A stretch of 64,000 nt of DNA, from contig CAZIAP010000005.1 in assembly GCA_964537315.1 (NCBI GenBank), forward strand, positions 18,669 through 82,668. The letters are read 5' to 3'. The position numbers were made by a program, and so were the translations under genes. This document shows positions 1 to 9,962 of the stretch, piece after piece. Origin of the DNA: an uncultured Gammaproteobacteria bacterium. Lineage in GTDB: Bacteria; Patescibacteriota; Microgenomatia; Levybacterales; GWA1-39-11. How positions within the stretch are numbered: position 1 is the first letter of the stretch; the number at the start of each line of letters is the position of its first letter. The notes beneath the pieces are model-generated. The model saw only the letters and a list, made by a program, of their open reading frames with translations. It ran no database searches and had not been told where the DNA came from.

Positions 1-417
1 ACTCGTGGGCCGTCAGTTAGAACTCGGCATAAAAAATTGAGCTCTTCTTCGTTCACCAAGACTGAATCTGAGTGATTCTCCTTTTCTAGTTCACGTCTCA
101 AATTAGAAGGAGGAGCTAGATGTGCGATTAGTTGTCGCGTATACCCTCTTTTTCTCGCAATCGCCAAAACCTTAGATATCTCAACCGGATATCTTTTTTT
201 TCCACTCATCGAATGGACCTTTCTATGACAAACGAGCAGTCACATCAAGCAATGACTCTCAGCATAAATAAAAGTATAAAAATTATATCAAAACTTAGAC
301 TATAAGTCATTTAATCCCTTCGTTTAGTATGATAAAATTGCAGGCAAACAAATATTAAAGATTTGTGATTTATGATTTATGGTATAAGAGATAGGGAAGC
401 GAATAAGTATTTATATT

Positions 418-2316
418 TTGAAAGCTAATATGAAAAATAAATTTTTCATCATCGATTTTGATTCTACTTTTGTAACTATCGAAGCGCTTGATTCACTTGC
501 CGAAATTGCTTTGAAAAACAACCCTCAAAAAGATCAAATTCTTCAGCAGATAAAAGGAATCACTCATCTTGGCATGGAAGGCAAGATGTCATTTACTCAA
601 ACACTCGAGCAAAGACTATCATTATTCTCAGCAGACAAATCTCATATTGAGGCTCTAGTCAAACTTCTAAAAAAGAATATTACACCCTCAATATTAAGAA
701 ATAAATCTTTTTTTAAAAATTATGCACAGAATGTATATATTATCTCCGGAGGGTTCAGTGAATATATAAAACCAATTGTAACAACTTTAGGAATACCGAC
801 AGAGAATATTTTGGCAAATGAATTTAAGTTTAAAAATAATGAAATTGTCGGGTTTAACTATCAGAATCCGTTATCCCAAAAACAGGGCAAGGTGAAAGCA
901 GTTAAGTCACTTAAATTAAAAGGTGAGGTATACGTTATTGGGGATGGATATACGGATTATGAGATTAAAAAACACAAGGCAGCAAATTATTTTTATTGTT
1001 TTACCGAGAACGTGCGACGTGATAGCGTAGCAAACCTTGCTGACCGTGAAGTAGCAAGTTTTGATGAAGTGCTATACGAAGTACATCTAGAAAGGTCACA
1101 ATCATATCCAAAAAGTAAGATGAAGGTACTGCTATTGGAAAACATACACGACGTCGCAGTACAAAAGTTCAAGGATGAGGGATACCAGGTAAAAACGTAC
1201 AATAAAGCCTTGTCTGAAGATGAGCTAATCAAAGAACTAAAAGATGTTTCTATTTTAGGAATTCGCTCAAAAACCGAAATTACAAAACGTGTTTTAGATA
1301 ACTCTCCTAAACTTATCGCCATAGGTGCATTTTGTATTGGGACTAATCAAATTGATCTGGATGTGGCAGCAAACAAAGGAATTATTGTATTTAATGCACC
1401 TTATAGCAATACCAGAAGCGTAGTCGAGATGGTTATTGGGGAAATAATAGTTCTGACGAGAGGAATTGTCGATAAAAGCAATATGCTACATGATGGGGTA
1501 TGGGATAAATCCGCTGAAGGAAGTCACGAGATTAGAGGTAAAACCCTAGGAATTATTGGTTATGGAAACATCGGATCACAGCTTTCAGTGGTAGCAGAAA
1601 ACTTGGGAATGAAAGTGCTGTTTTATGATCTGGAGACAAAACTCGCATTAGGGAACGCTGAACAGGTAAAGAGCATGAGCCAACTTCTGTCTAAGTCAGA
1701 CATTGTAACTCTTCATGTAGACGGAAGACCTGAAAACAAAAACTTAATATCTAGTAAGGAGTTTGCAAAAATGCGTGATGGGGTAGTCTTTATAAACCTT
1801 GCCAGAGGACATGTAGTTGATATTCCAGCGCTCAAGTCAGCTCTTGAATCAGGAAAATTACGGGGAGCTGCGGTAGACGTGTTTCCAAAAGAGCCACGAG
1901 GAAAAGACGAAGAGTTCGAAAGCGAGTTAAAGGGACTCCCTAATTTGATTCTTACTCCTCATATCGGAGGGAGTACTCAAGAGGCACAACTTAATATAGG
2001 TGAGTTTGTTTCAGATAAAATATCTCAGTATGTGGATTCTGGAAACAGTAACTTTGGGGTTAATTTTCCTCAGATTTCACTTCCTTCACTTCATAAAGCT
2101 CATAGGTTTCTGCACATACACGAGAGCTCTCCTGGTGTACTGGCTGAGATAAATAAAATACTTGCCAAACATAATATCAATATACTCGGACAATACTTAA
2201 AAACTATTGATAAGATCGGATATGTGGTCACCGACGTTAACAGATCTTACAAAGAAAATGTTGTTAATGAACTACAATCAGTAAAAGGAACAATAAGATT
2301 AAGAGTGTTGTATTGA
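418..2316 (+). CDS. serA: Fused phosphoserine phosphatase (HAD, SerB-like N-terminus) / D-3-phosphoglycerate dehydrogenase (SerA-like, with C-terminal ACT domain)
   Basis: N-terminus FFIIDFDSTFV (DxDST HAD motif I) and IGDGYTDYEI (HAD motif IV). Middle has the 2-hydroxyacid dehydrogenase NAD site GIIGYGNIGSQL. C-terminal ACT-like region. 632 aa is too long for SerA alone. Confidence 0.75.
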   Translation: MKANMKNKFFIIDFDSTFVTIEALDSLAEIALKNNPQKDQILQQIKGITHLGMEGKMSFTQTLEQRLSLFSADKSHIEALVKLLKKNITPSILRNKSFFKNYAQNVYIISGGFSEYIKPIVTTLGIPTENILANEFKFKNNEIVGFNYQNPLSQKQGKVKAVKSLKLKGEVYVIGDGYTDYEIKKHKAANYFYCFTENVRRDSVANLADREVASFDEVLYEVHLERSQSYPKSKMKVLLLENIHDVAVQKFKDEGYQVKTYNKALSEDELIKELKDVSILGIRSKTEITKRVLDNSPKLIAIGAFCIGTNQIDLDVAANKGIIVFNAPYSNTRSVVEMVIGEIIVLTRGIVDKSNMLHDGVWDKSAEGSHEIRGKTLGIIGYGNIGSQLSVVAENLGMKVLFYDLETKLALGNAEQVKSMSQLLSKSDIVTLHVDGRPENKNLISSKEFAKMRDGVVFINLARGHVVDIPALKSALESGKLRGAAVDVFPKEPRGKDEEFESELKGLPNLILTPHIGGSTQEAQLNIGEFVSDKISQYVDSGNSNFGVNFPQISLPSLHKAHRFLHIHESSPGVLAEINKILAKHNINILGQYLKTIDKIGYVVTDVNRSYKENVVNELQSVKGTIRLRVLY

Positions 2317-2332
2317 GAATAAAATAATAACT

Positions 2333-3409
2333 ATGTCAAATATCTACTTCACTGTTGGACCATCGCAAGCGTATCCAACAATCGATAAACATATACAGTC
2401 TGCATTGAAAGAGGAGATTATCTCTCTCAACCATCGTGGAAAATCTTTTACGTCTCTATATCAAAGTGCTGAAGAACGTTTAAAAGAGTTATTGTCTATT
2501 CCTACTGAATATTCAGTGTTTTTCCTTTCATCCGGGACTGAGGGTATGGAGAAAGTGATACAAAATACGGTTGAGAAATATTCTTATCACATTATTACAG
2601 GAACTTTCGGCGATCGATTTTATCAAACAGCAAAAGAGTTAGGAAAAGTAGCAAGTTCTTATTTTTTTAATCCTACGGAAGGCTTTAGGGCAGCTGATGT
2701 TGTAGTTCCTGAGAATGCTGAGTTAATAGCCTTTACTCACAATGACACGAGCACTGGCATGCAAATTCCAATGAGTGAGATTTATGCTATTGGTAAGCAA
2801 AATCCTGATGCGTTAATCGCAGTTGATACTGTGTCCTCAATGCCTGCTGTAGATATTGATTACCCCAAAGTTGATGCGGTATTCTTCTCAGTACAAAAAG
2901 GATTTGGGATGCCAGCTGGTCATGGAGTTCTAATTGTTAGTCCTCGCGCGATAGAAAAAGCAAAAAAATTATCTGATGCAGGAGTAAACATCGGATCTTA
3001 TCACAATTTTATACATCTGCAAAAATATGCCCAAAAGTTTCAGACTCCTGATACTCCTAATGTATTAGGGATCTATCTACTAAACAAGATACTTGGTGAT
3101 TTTCTTGAACTAGGAATACACACTATTAGGCAAAGTACAAAAGACAAATCAACCATGATGTACGACTTTTTTAAAAATACTGATAGATATTCACCACTTG
3201 TATCAGATATTGAGATACGCTCTGATACTACTTTAGTTGTACAGGTAAAAGGAGGATCAAAAGACATTATTGAAAATCTTAAAAAGCAAGGCATTATTAT
3301 TGGAAGTGGTTATGGCGAGAATAAGAATGACCATATACGTATAGCCAATTTTCCTGCACACACCCTAGATGATGTTAACCACTTGATTACTGCACTAAAA
3401 AACATGTAG
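2333..3409 (+). CDS. serC: Phosphoserine aminotransferase (class V aminotransferase)
   Basis: N-terminus FTVGPSQAYPTI...NHRGKSF matches the SerC pattern (FSSGPA...SHRGKEF). Lies immediately downstream of the serB/serA fusion. Confidence 0.65.
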   Translation: MSNIYFTVGPSQAYPTIDKHIQSALKEEIISLNHRGKSFTSLYQSAEERLKELLSIPTEYSVFFLSSGTEGMEKVIQNTVEKYSYHIITGTFGDRFYQTAKELGKVASSYFFNPTEGFRAADVVVPENAELIAFTHNDTSTGMQIPMSEIYAIGKQNPDALIAVDTVSSMPAVDIDYPKVDAVFFSVQKGFGMPAGHGVLIVSPRAIEKAKKLSDAGVNIGSYHNFIHLQKYAQKFQTPDTPNVLGIYLLNKILGDFLELGIHTIRQSTKDKSTMMYDFFKNTDRYSPLVSDIEIRSDTTLVVQVKGGSKDIIENLKKQGIIIGSGYGENKNDHIRIANFPAHTLDDVNHLITALKNM

Positions 3410-3422
3410 ACTAACAATTCAT

Positions 3423-3869
3423 ATGAGATTGCAAGTCGGAGATATTGCGCCTAGTTTTGAACTTTACGATCAGCACAAAGAACTACATGATCTTGAAGAT
3501 TATGAGGGTGAGTGGGTTATCCTCTACTTTTATCCCAAAGATGATACGCCCGGTTGTACAACAGAAGCATGTAATTTTAGAGATAATCTAGCAGAGTTGC
3601 AAAAACAAGCGGTACTTCTGGGAGTAAGTGCTGATACAGCTGAGTCGCATAAAAAATTTGATGAAAAATATAATCTTGAATTTCCTTTACTAGCAGATCC
3701 TGATAAGCAGGTAATTGAGAGCTACGGAGCAGATGGGATGATTTTTCCTAAGAGAGTAACATTTTTAATTAGTCCTGAGGGAATGATCGAAAAAGTGTAT
3801 GACAATGTTGACCCAGATACTCATGCTGCAGAAATTATGGCTGATCTAAGACTCCTAAAATCAGAATAA
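3423..3869 (+). CDS. bcp: Thiol peroxidase / peroxiredoxin Bcp (AhpC-TSA family)
   Basis: GDIAPSFEL...WVILYFYPKDDTPGCTTEAC is the canonical Bcp active-site context. Confidence 0.8.
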   Translation: MRLQVGDIAPSFELYDQHKELHDLEDYEGEWVILYFYPKDDTPGCTTEACNFRDNLAELQKQAVLLGVSADTAESHKKFDEKYNLEFPLLADPDKQVIESYGADGMIFPKRVTFLISPEGMIEKVYDNVDPDTHAAEIMADLRLLKSE

Positions 3870-3907
3870 AAAAATACCCCTAAGATTTACAAAGGGGTAT
3901 TAAATTT
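3868..3907. terminator. Bidirectional rho-independent terminator between convergent genes
   Basis: Hairpin TACCCCT-(11 nt)-AGGGGTA at 3875-3899, flanked by an A-run upstream and a T-rich run downstream. Confidence 0.5.
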
Positions 3908-4213
3908 ACTTTCAAATATATTCGCTAAGTCGTCCGGATCGGTATTTAAAATATCTGCGATCTGACATAAGTTATCCCATCTTAAAGGTATAAGTGAACC
4001 TATCCAAGGACGATTTGCCTGATGATAGATTGGCACACCACAATCTTGTAAGTCTTTGAGGGTAAGTCCTTTCCTCTTACATTCGTATGCAAGGTCAATA
4101 TAATTGATATAGTATATTTTCACCTTCTTTCCTCGAGTTTCAATTCCCGAGAGCAGAGTAATGACTATCAACCCCGAAGTGGCAAAGACTACGATTAGCA
4201 TGCCTAAAAGCAC
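3887..4213 (-). CDS. Membrane-anchored protein with a possible XRE-like HTH region
   Basis: N-terminal hydrophobic helix. LAYECKRKGLTLKDLQDCGV...LCQIADILNTDPDDL loosely resembles an XRE HTH. Weak call. Confidence 0.35.
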   Translation of the reverse strand: MLLGMLIVVFATSGLIVITLLSGIETRGKKVKIYYINYIDLAYECKRKGLTLKDLQDCGVPIYHQANRPWIGSLIPLRWDNLCQIADILNTDPDDLANIFESKFNTPL

Positions 4214-4681
4214 TATTTTAACCTTTCAAAATAGGTGCCCTTGCCTGAAATGACAAGGGCACTGATAGGTGGGTCAAAAGTAGGGAATGAGCCAGAGTAA
4301 GCCTAACGTGAATGCCCAGATTGTGAATATCAAAAACCCAATCCAGCCGATGTACTGCAAAGTCTTGCAGTGTTTTGCTATTGTCTGCAAAGTCTTCCGG
4401 GGATCATCATGGTGAGCGTAGTATAGCCAATTGGTTAAGATCCCTATGGCTATACAACCGTATCCACCAAAGAATAGTCACCAAAATGAGAATGACCCTG
4501 GCACACTCCTCTCCTTTCTATTGTTCATGTGCTAGAAACTACAATGCGCAAATGCAAATCGTTTCAGTTAAAGGATTATACATAAATTCAATACAGGATT
4601 CAAACTATAAGCTTGTTTATGAGTCTGTAGGACTTTAAACAAAGAGGCAAGTGGAGTATAATAACAAAACTCTTCGTAAAT

Positions 4682-5833
4682 ATGAATAATAATCTCATTA
4701 AATGTACTCACTGCGGAAAAGACATTGAGATCTCCGAAGCATTAACACATCAGCTCAAAGCAGAGGTATCTGCTTCTCTTGAATCCGAGTATAAACAAAA
4801 AGTAGAGGCACTCTCAAAAGAAGCTGAAGAAAAAGCGATGAAAAAAGCTACAGAGTCAATGGAGCTTAAGTTCAAAGATATTGAAAATGAGGCTAAAGAA
4901 GCAAGAGAACGTGGAAAAAAACTCCAGGAAGAGCTGCTAGAAGCAACACGCGCCATGCGTGAGCTTAGAGAAAAAGATGAGCAGCGTGAGCTGGAAATGG
5001 AGAAAAAAATTTCCCAAATGCAGAACACGCTTAAAGAAGAGATAACCAAACAGTATTCTTCAGAATTCAGGCTAAAAGAGCTTGAGAAAGATAAAGTTAT
5101 AAATGACCTTAAGAAAGCTTTAGACGATGCTCAGCGCAAAGCACAGCAGGGCAGTATGCAGACACAAGGTGAAGTGCTTGAGTTAGATCTTGAGCAGGCA
5201 CTAGGACTTGCATTTCCTACAGATATTATCGAGCCGGTTGAAAAAGGTATTCGTGGAGCCGATATTAAACATACCGTAAAAACGATGCACGGAAATGTTT
5301 GTGGCGTAATATTATGGGAAACCAAGCGCACAAAATCCTGGTCAGATGAGTGGGTAACTAAATTAAAAGACGATCTCAGAGCTGAAAAAGCGCATATACC
5401 GGTTATTGTCTCAGCTGTTTTACCTAAAGAAGCCGAGTCAGGAATGGGACTAAAAGATGGTGTGTGGGTGGTAAGTTTTTCATTGTTTATTCCTCTTGCG
5501 AGAATCTTACGGGATAAGCTAGTGGAAGTGGCGAGGGAAAAGTTTATGGCTCAAAGCAAAGAAGGTAAGTCAGAACAACTGTACGGTTATATAACCAGTC
5601 ACGAGTTCCGTCAGCAAATTGAGGCAATGCTTGAAGTATACGCGAGTATGAAAGATCAGATAGATAAAGAGCGCAGAGCATATGAAAAACTTTGGAGTCA
5701 GCGGGAAATGCAAGTAGAACGGATGTTTCGCAGTACTGCAAGAATTGTCGGAAGTATTCAAGGTACGGTTGGTTCTTCATTAAATCAGATAAAAGGCTTA
5801 GAGCTACTTGAACTCGAAGAAAGTACTCAATAA
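4682..5833 (+). CDS. DUF2130-like coiled-coil protein
   Basis: N-terminal IKCTHCGKDIEI zinc-ribbon-like start, long E/K-rich coiled coil, conserved C-terminal domain typical of DUF2130. Confidence 0.55.
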   Translation: MNNNLIKCTHCGKDIEISEALTHQLKAEVSASLESEYKQKVEALSKEAEEKAMKKATESMELKFKDIENEAKEARERGKKLQEELLEATRAMRELREKDEQRELEMEKKISQMQNTLKEEITKQYSSEFRLKELEKDKVINDLKKALDDAQRKAQQGSMQTQGEVLELDLEQALGLAFPTDIIEPVEKGIRGADIKHTVKTMHGNVCGVILWETKRTKSWSDEWVTKLKDDLRAEKAHIPVIVSAVLPKEAESGMGLKDGVWVVSFSLFIPLARILRDKLVEVAREKFMAQSKEGKSEQLYGYITSHEFRQQIEAMLEVYASMKDQIDKERRAYEKLWSQREMQVERMFRSTARIVGSIQGTVGSSLNQIKGLELLELEESTQ

Positions 5834-5905
5834 CTTCTTCAAATCATTCCATTTTGTTATAATCACGCTTATCGTTATAATTGCTCGTTAAGAAAGGAAG
5901 TTCGA

Positions 5906-6109
5906 TTGAATAGCTTTTTCAGGCGTAACTTTGATTTGCTGAAACCGCTATCTATTCTCGTAGGTGTTTGGATCTCAGTGACTCTACTATTCAAAGGCTT
6001 GAGCATAGAGTCATTTAAACTGAGTAGTGTGTTAGCCATCAGTATTTTTTTACTGCTTTCCTATCGTAGTGCAAAGACAGAGTATAAGAGGTGGGAAAAG
6101 GACAATTAA
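5906..6109 (+). CDS. Small membrane protein (2 TM helices), TTG start as given in the ORF track
   Basis: Hydrophobic 67-aa ORF. Non-ATG start makes it uncertain. Confidence 0.3.
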   Translation: MNSFFRRNFDLLKPLSILVGVWISVTLLFKGLSIESFKLSSVLAISIFLLLSYRSAKTEYKRWEKDN

Positions 6110-6411
6110 TGCCGGAGTTTATTACGACTTCAACTCTCTTATTTTTATTTTTTGTATGCAGTGTTACGTGGGTAAACTCTTGGAAAAGATATTACCAATA
6201 TAGAAAACAGGGAAGTCCTCGAACTCAGGATAGAGTTATAAAACTCTATATCAAAACTAGACAAGTAGCCATTATAGGTATGGCTGTTACTTCGGGGATC
6301 GTGCTAATCGTCTACGAACGATACTATGCTGTTACTGTCTGTTTCTTAATTGGTGCTGTTGTCGGTTTTTACTGGCATCGAATTAGCAGTATGATTGAGC
6401 GATATAACTAG
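6091..6411 (+). CDS. Small membrane protein (3 TM helices)
   Basis: Hydrophobic segments. Overlaps the previous ORF by 19 nt in another frame. Confidence 0.35.
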   Translation: MGKGQLMPEFITTSTLLFLFFVCSVTWVNSWKRYYQYRKQGSPRTQDRVIKLYIKTRQVAIIGMAVTSGIVLIVYERYYAVTVCFLIGAVVGFYWHRISSMIERYN

Positions 6412-6485
6412 TTTATGCGCCTTGAGATAATATCAATAGGCGCATCTCTCTTGTTTTTTAACAAAAATTAGTTGCATAATGAATT

Positions 6486-7091
6486 ATGGCCGCAATGGGT
6501 ACAATTCCAGTGAATGAACCAAGAAAAAGGTTTTTCAAATCCTTTGAAGCGAAATCTCTGCGCAAAAGATCATTTCTAACTCGAATTTCTGATAAGTTAA
6601 CAGCATTTTGCGGATCTACATACTTTCTTGTCTTTCATGTAATCTTTTTTACTGTTTGGATTGCAGTTAATACTGGCCAAATTCCTGGGGTCGCTATTTA
6701 CGATGAGTTTCCTTTCGGATTGTTGACTATGGTTGTGTCTCTTGAAGCAATATTTTTAGCCATATTTGTCTTGGTGTCCCAAAATCGTCAAGCAAACATA
6801 ACAACTGTTAGAGACGAAGTTAATATGAAAGTGAATCTAATTGCAGAAGAGGAAATTACCAAGATTTTGCACTTGCTAGCAGAAATGCGCGTACATATGG
6901 GAATAAAAAAGAAAGATGAGGAGCTGGAAGAGATGCTAGGTAGAATAGATACAGGAAACATAGAGCAATCTATTCTAAATCAGCTACAGAGAGCAGATAA
7001 GCCTATTCATCAGGACATTTCAAAACCTTTAGATATTCTTAAAAAGCCGGTTAAAGCGATTAACGACATGATGCAAGAAAACAAATCTTGA
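6486..7091 (+). CDS. DUF1003 family membrane protein
   Basis: FPFGLLTMVVSLEAIFLAIFVLVSQNRQA matches the DUF1003 core (FPF..L.LS.EAIFL..FVL.SQNR). Confidence 0.6.
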   Translation: MAAMGTIPVNEPRKRFFKSFEAKSLRKRSFLTRISDKLTAFCGSTYFLVFHVIFFTVWIAVNTGQIPGVAIYDEFPFGLLTMVVSLEAIFLAIFVLVSQNRQANITTVRDEVNMKVNLIAEEEITKILHLLAEMRVHMGIKKKDEELEEMLGRIDTGNIEQSILNQLQRADKPIHQDISKPLDILKKPVKAINDMMQENKS

Positions 7092-7111
7092 CAAATATAT
7101 TGTCACTATGA

Positions 7112-7345
7112 TTGACTAGATATATGGCAAAGAAAGCAGCAAAAAAAAGATATCAAGAACTAACCCAGCCTACACAAACCTCCAGAGTACTTACATGGTT
7201 GTTACTTCTATTAGTTCCTGTGATTGCCTTCTTTCTAGGTATGCGTTATCAAGAATCTCAATCTAACCTACAGATTTTAGAACTTAAAGAACAGATGATG
7301 TACGAACAGTTAAACCCAGCCACTCCTTCAGCAGATCTCCCGTAG
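7112..7345 (+). CDS. Small single-TM protein upstream of the SPFH gene
   Basis: Lys-rich N-terminus followed by one hydrophobic helix. Confidence 0.3.
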   Translation: MTRYMAKKAAKKRYQELTQPTQTSRVLTWLLLLLVPVIAFFLGMRYQESQSNLQILELKEQMMYEQLNPATPSADLP

Positions 7346-7390
7346 TCAGATAACAAATATCAGATAATTCTTCTGTGTTATAATCTTGAT

Positions 7391-8134
7391 ATGGAACTTC
7401 TAATTCTTCTGGTACCTTTACTACTCGTTATTTTAGTTTCAATTAAGCAAGTTAATCAATACGAGAGAGGTGTAAAGTTTCAGTTCGGTAAGTATGTGTC
7501 TATCATGGAGCCGGGTTGGAGACTTGTATGGCCAATTATTCAAGGATGGCAAAAAGTTGATATCCGTACAAAAGCAGTTGATGTGCCTGATCAAGAGGCA
7601 ATTACCAAAGACAATATTTCAGCTCGAATTAATGCTGTAATTTATTACCGTGTATCTCATGTAGAAAAAGCGGTGCTTGAAGTAGAAGATTTCTATTACG
7701 CAGTCTCACAGCTTGCACAAACTACGATGCGTAATGTAGTAGGTGAGACCTCACTTGATGATCTTTTGTCTCAGAGAAACAAAGTAGCTGACAAAATCCA
7801 AAATATAATTGATAAGGCCACAGATCAATGGGGAATAAAGGTAGAGTCGGTAGAGTTAAAAGACATTTTATTACCTGAGGAAATGAAAAGAGTGATCGGA
7901 CGACAGGCAGAAGCAGAGCGTGAGCGACGTGCGATAATCATAAGGGCAGAAGGTGAAAAAGCTGCTGCGGAAAATATTGCAAAAGCAGCAGATGTACTTG
8001 CTAAAACTACAGGCGGTCTGCATATCCGTACACTTCAGACACTTAATGAAGTATCAAGTGATAAATCTAATACTGTAATATTTGTGACGCCCCTTGAGGT
8101 TCTGCGAGCTTTCGAGAACTTTATTAAAAAATAG
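7391..8134 (+). CDS. SPFH / band-7 (stomatin-prohibitin-HflK/C-like) membrane protein
   Basis: N-terminal TM helix, then QYERGVKFQFGKY... and an E/A/R-rich coiled-coil tail typical of the SPFH domain. Confidence 0.8.
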   Translation: MELLILLVPLLLVILVSIKQVNQYERGVKFQFGKYVSIMEPGWRLVWPIIQGWQKVDIRTKAVDVPDQEAITKDNISARINAVIYYRVSHVEKAVLEVEDFYYAVSQLAQTTMRNVVGETSLDDLLSQRNKVADKIQNIIDKATDQWGIKVESVELKDILLPEEMKRVIGRQAEAERERRAIIIRAEGEKAAAENIAKAADVLAKTTGGLHIRTLQTLNEVSSDKSNTVIFVTPLEVLRAFENFIKK

Positions 8135-8410
8135 ACTTTTACACGATTATTACCCTTTACTAATTGAATACTGTCCTCTGAGAAATAAAGTTATCGTTCG
8201 TAATTTTTAGTTCCTAAACTACAACTAAATAAAATTTTCCCAAAACGTGTTGGATGAGATTCTTTGGACATTTAGTCAGTGTTTAAATAGCCATCATTCA
8301 GCTGTACAAGAGCGTTACGGAAATAGGAGGACCCGTTTCGCAGTTCAGGTGGGGACCGGTTGAATGGATGAGCACGAAATACGAGGTAGCACGTTTATTA
8401 TCAGTACCCA

Positions 8411-8764
8411 TTGGAAGGGGACCAATGCATGGATCAGACTCCAATCACCGATGCTGAGTCCGGGAAGAAGAGCGTACAGGAAGAAGGCGTGATTATAAAT
8501 ACAATCACGGGGGAGATCAATGATCTCAAAGATGTCTCATTACTGCCGCAGATTGACCCAACTCAGGTTGAAGGTCTCATAGACGTCTTGCATTACCACA
8601 GCGGAAAGCGCGTCACACGGCTTGAAGTATGGGAGTCGAAACAGGCGTTTGATCAAGCGAGGAAAAGTCCTTTCTATCAAAGCCAGCACCATCTGATAAG
8701 TATGGTTCTATCTCAGGTTCAGATCGAGCGGGGAGAGCTTATCCCATCGACATATCTTCAGTAA
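8411..8764 (+). CDS. Hypothetical protein, possibly ABM (antibiotic biosynthesis monooxygenase-like) fold
   Basis: ...RLEVWESKQAFDQARKSPFYQ resembles the ABM motif (E.W.s.eAf..H..sphf). ORF sits in a locally GC-richer patch. Confidence 0.35.
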   Translation: MEGDQCMDQTPITDAESGKKSVQEEGVIINTITGEINDLKDVSLLPQIDPTQVEGLIDVLHYHSGKRVTRLEVWESKQAFDQARKSPFYQSQHHLISMVLSQVQIERGELIPSTYLQ

Positions 8765-8912
8765 TAGCCGATTGAGGAGTACCAATAGAATGGTACTTAC
8801 TTAATAGGCAAAGCCGGGGGGTAGATATTGTTATCTATGCTATGTCGAACTGCTGCAATGGCGCAGCACGGAGATATACGTTTTACAGTCTACCTTCCGG
8901 TTATTCATATTT

Positions 8913-9461
8913 TTAGGTTTGAGTTTTATACTCTTCTTTTACTTTCTCTGTGTATTTGGACATTAGCTTTTGGATTTTAGGATTTATTACAAATGTACAA
9001 TAAGGTTTATTTCTATTTTTTTCGTAGTAATCTCTGTGATAATCTTCTGCGGGATAAAATGCTTCAAACTGAGTAATCTCAGTGACAATGGGATCTTTAA
9101 ACTCTTTTGAAAGTTCAAGCTCAGTTATTGCTTTTTCGGCGGTGTTTTTTTGGTTTTCACTATGGTAAAAAATGGCAGACCTATACTGTGTTCCTACATC
9201 ATTTCCTTGTCTATTTAGTGTTGTGGGATTATGTGTGTGGAAAAATATATCCAAAAGATCTTCATAGGAAATGATATCAGGATCAAATTCAATTTGAATA
9301 GCTTCAGCGTGACCTGTGGCGCCTGTTGAGACTTGTTCATAAGATGGATTTGCTCTTGCTCCTCCGGAATATCCAGGGATTACTGACTGTACTCCTTTAA
9401 GTCTGCGAAATACAGCCTCAGTACACCAAAAGCACCCATTCGCAAAAGTAACCGTTTCCAT
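8913..9461 (-). CDS. msrA: Peptide methionine sulfoxide reductase MsrA
   Basis: VTFANGCFWCTEAVF active-site motif plus GYSGG...GHAEAIQIEFDP...NDVGTQYRSAIF. Confidence 0.85.
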   Translation of the reverse strand: METVTFANGCFWCTEAVFRRLKGVQSVIPGYSGGARANPSYEQVSTGATGHAEAIQIEFDPDIISYEDLLDIFFHTHNPTTLNRQGNDVGTQYRSAIFYHSENQKNTAEKAITELELSKEFKDPIVTEITQFEAFYPAEDYHRDYYEKNRNKPYCTFVINPKIQKLMSKYTEKVKEEYKTQT

Positions 9462-9530
9462 TAATTAAGTATACTGTATGGAGTATTAGGTATAAAGTAT
9501 AAAGCTGTAAGTAGAAAGTATAAATATTTT

Positions 9531-9962
9531 TTAATCGCTATCCTCGTCTGTTGGAGTCGGAGGGGTTGTTGGTGTTGATGTTGGTGATGGAGTATTTGTC
9601 GGTGCAGGGGTATTAGTAGGCGCAGGTGTGTTTGTTGGCGCTGATGTTGGAACCGGTGTATTTGTTGGTGCTGTTGTGGGAGCTTTAGTAGGTGTTGCAG
9701 GACGACGCGTTGGAGTTAAAGTTTTTGTTGCTGTAGGAGTGGGTTCTTCCTCGTCTTCGAGTTCATCTTCCTCTTCGATCTCATCCTCTTCTTCTTGCTC
9801 TGCTACAACCTCTTCATCTGAGGATGGACTAATAAATTTTGGAGTAACAATAACAGCAATGATAATAAACATCAATGCACAAAATAGCGAAAGTACAGCG
9901 ATCAATGGATTTTTTCTATAAAATTCAGCTAGTTTTTCATTGATAATTGATAATTTCTTCAT
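9531..9962 (-). CDS. Membrane-anchored protein with an acidic (E/D) stretch and Pro/Thr-rich tandem repeats
   Basis: One TM helix, EQEEEDEIEEEDELEDEEE, then PTNTPAPTNTPAPTNTPSPT encoded by about 15-nt DNA repeats. Confidence 0.5.
   Translation of the reverse strand: MKKLSIINEKLAEFYRKNPLIAVLSLFCALMFIIIAVIVTPKFISPSSDEEVVAEQEEEDEIEEEDELEDEEEPTPTATKTLTPTRRPATPTKAPTTAPTNTPVPTSAPTNTPAPTNTPAPTNTPSPTSTPTTPPTPTDEDSD

Noticed and set aside
993-1322. 109-aa minus-strand ORF inside the serB/serA fusion gene
   Set aside because: Antisense to a well-supported conserved gene. Ser-rich low-complexity translation.
4375-4638. 87-aa plus-strand ORF in the 4.2-4.7 kb spacer
   Set aside because: Composition (His/Trp/Cys-rich), no RBS, no homology signal. 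Treated as non-coding.
4750-5780. Several minus-strand ORFs (4750..5049, 5131..5331, 5544..5780, 5570..5761) opposite the DUF2130 gene
   Set aside because: Antisense shadows of an E/K-rich coiled-coil gene.
8135-8410. Possible tmRNA or RNase P RNA in the GC-rich spacer
   Set aside because: No tRNA-like 3' end (GGTTCGANTCC...CCA) or RNase P conserved blocks (AGGAAAGTCCGGGCTCC / GGGTGAAANGGTGCGGTAAGAGCGCACC) recognised. Left as an unexplained compositional anomaly.
9628-9921. 97-aa plus-strand poly-Ser/Val/Gly ORF
   Set aside because: Mirror of the PT-repeat gene on the minus strand. Repeat-induced open frame.
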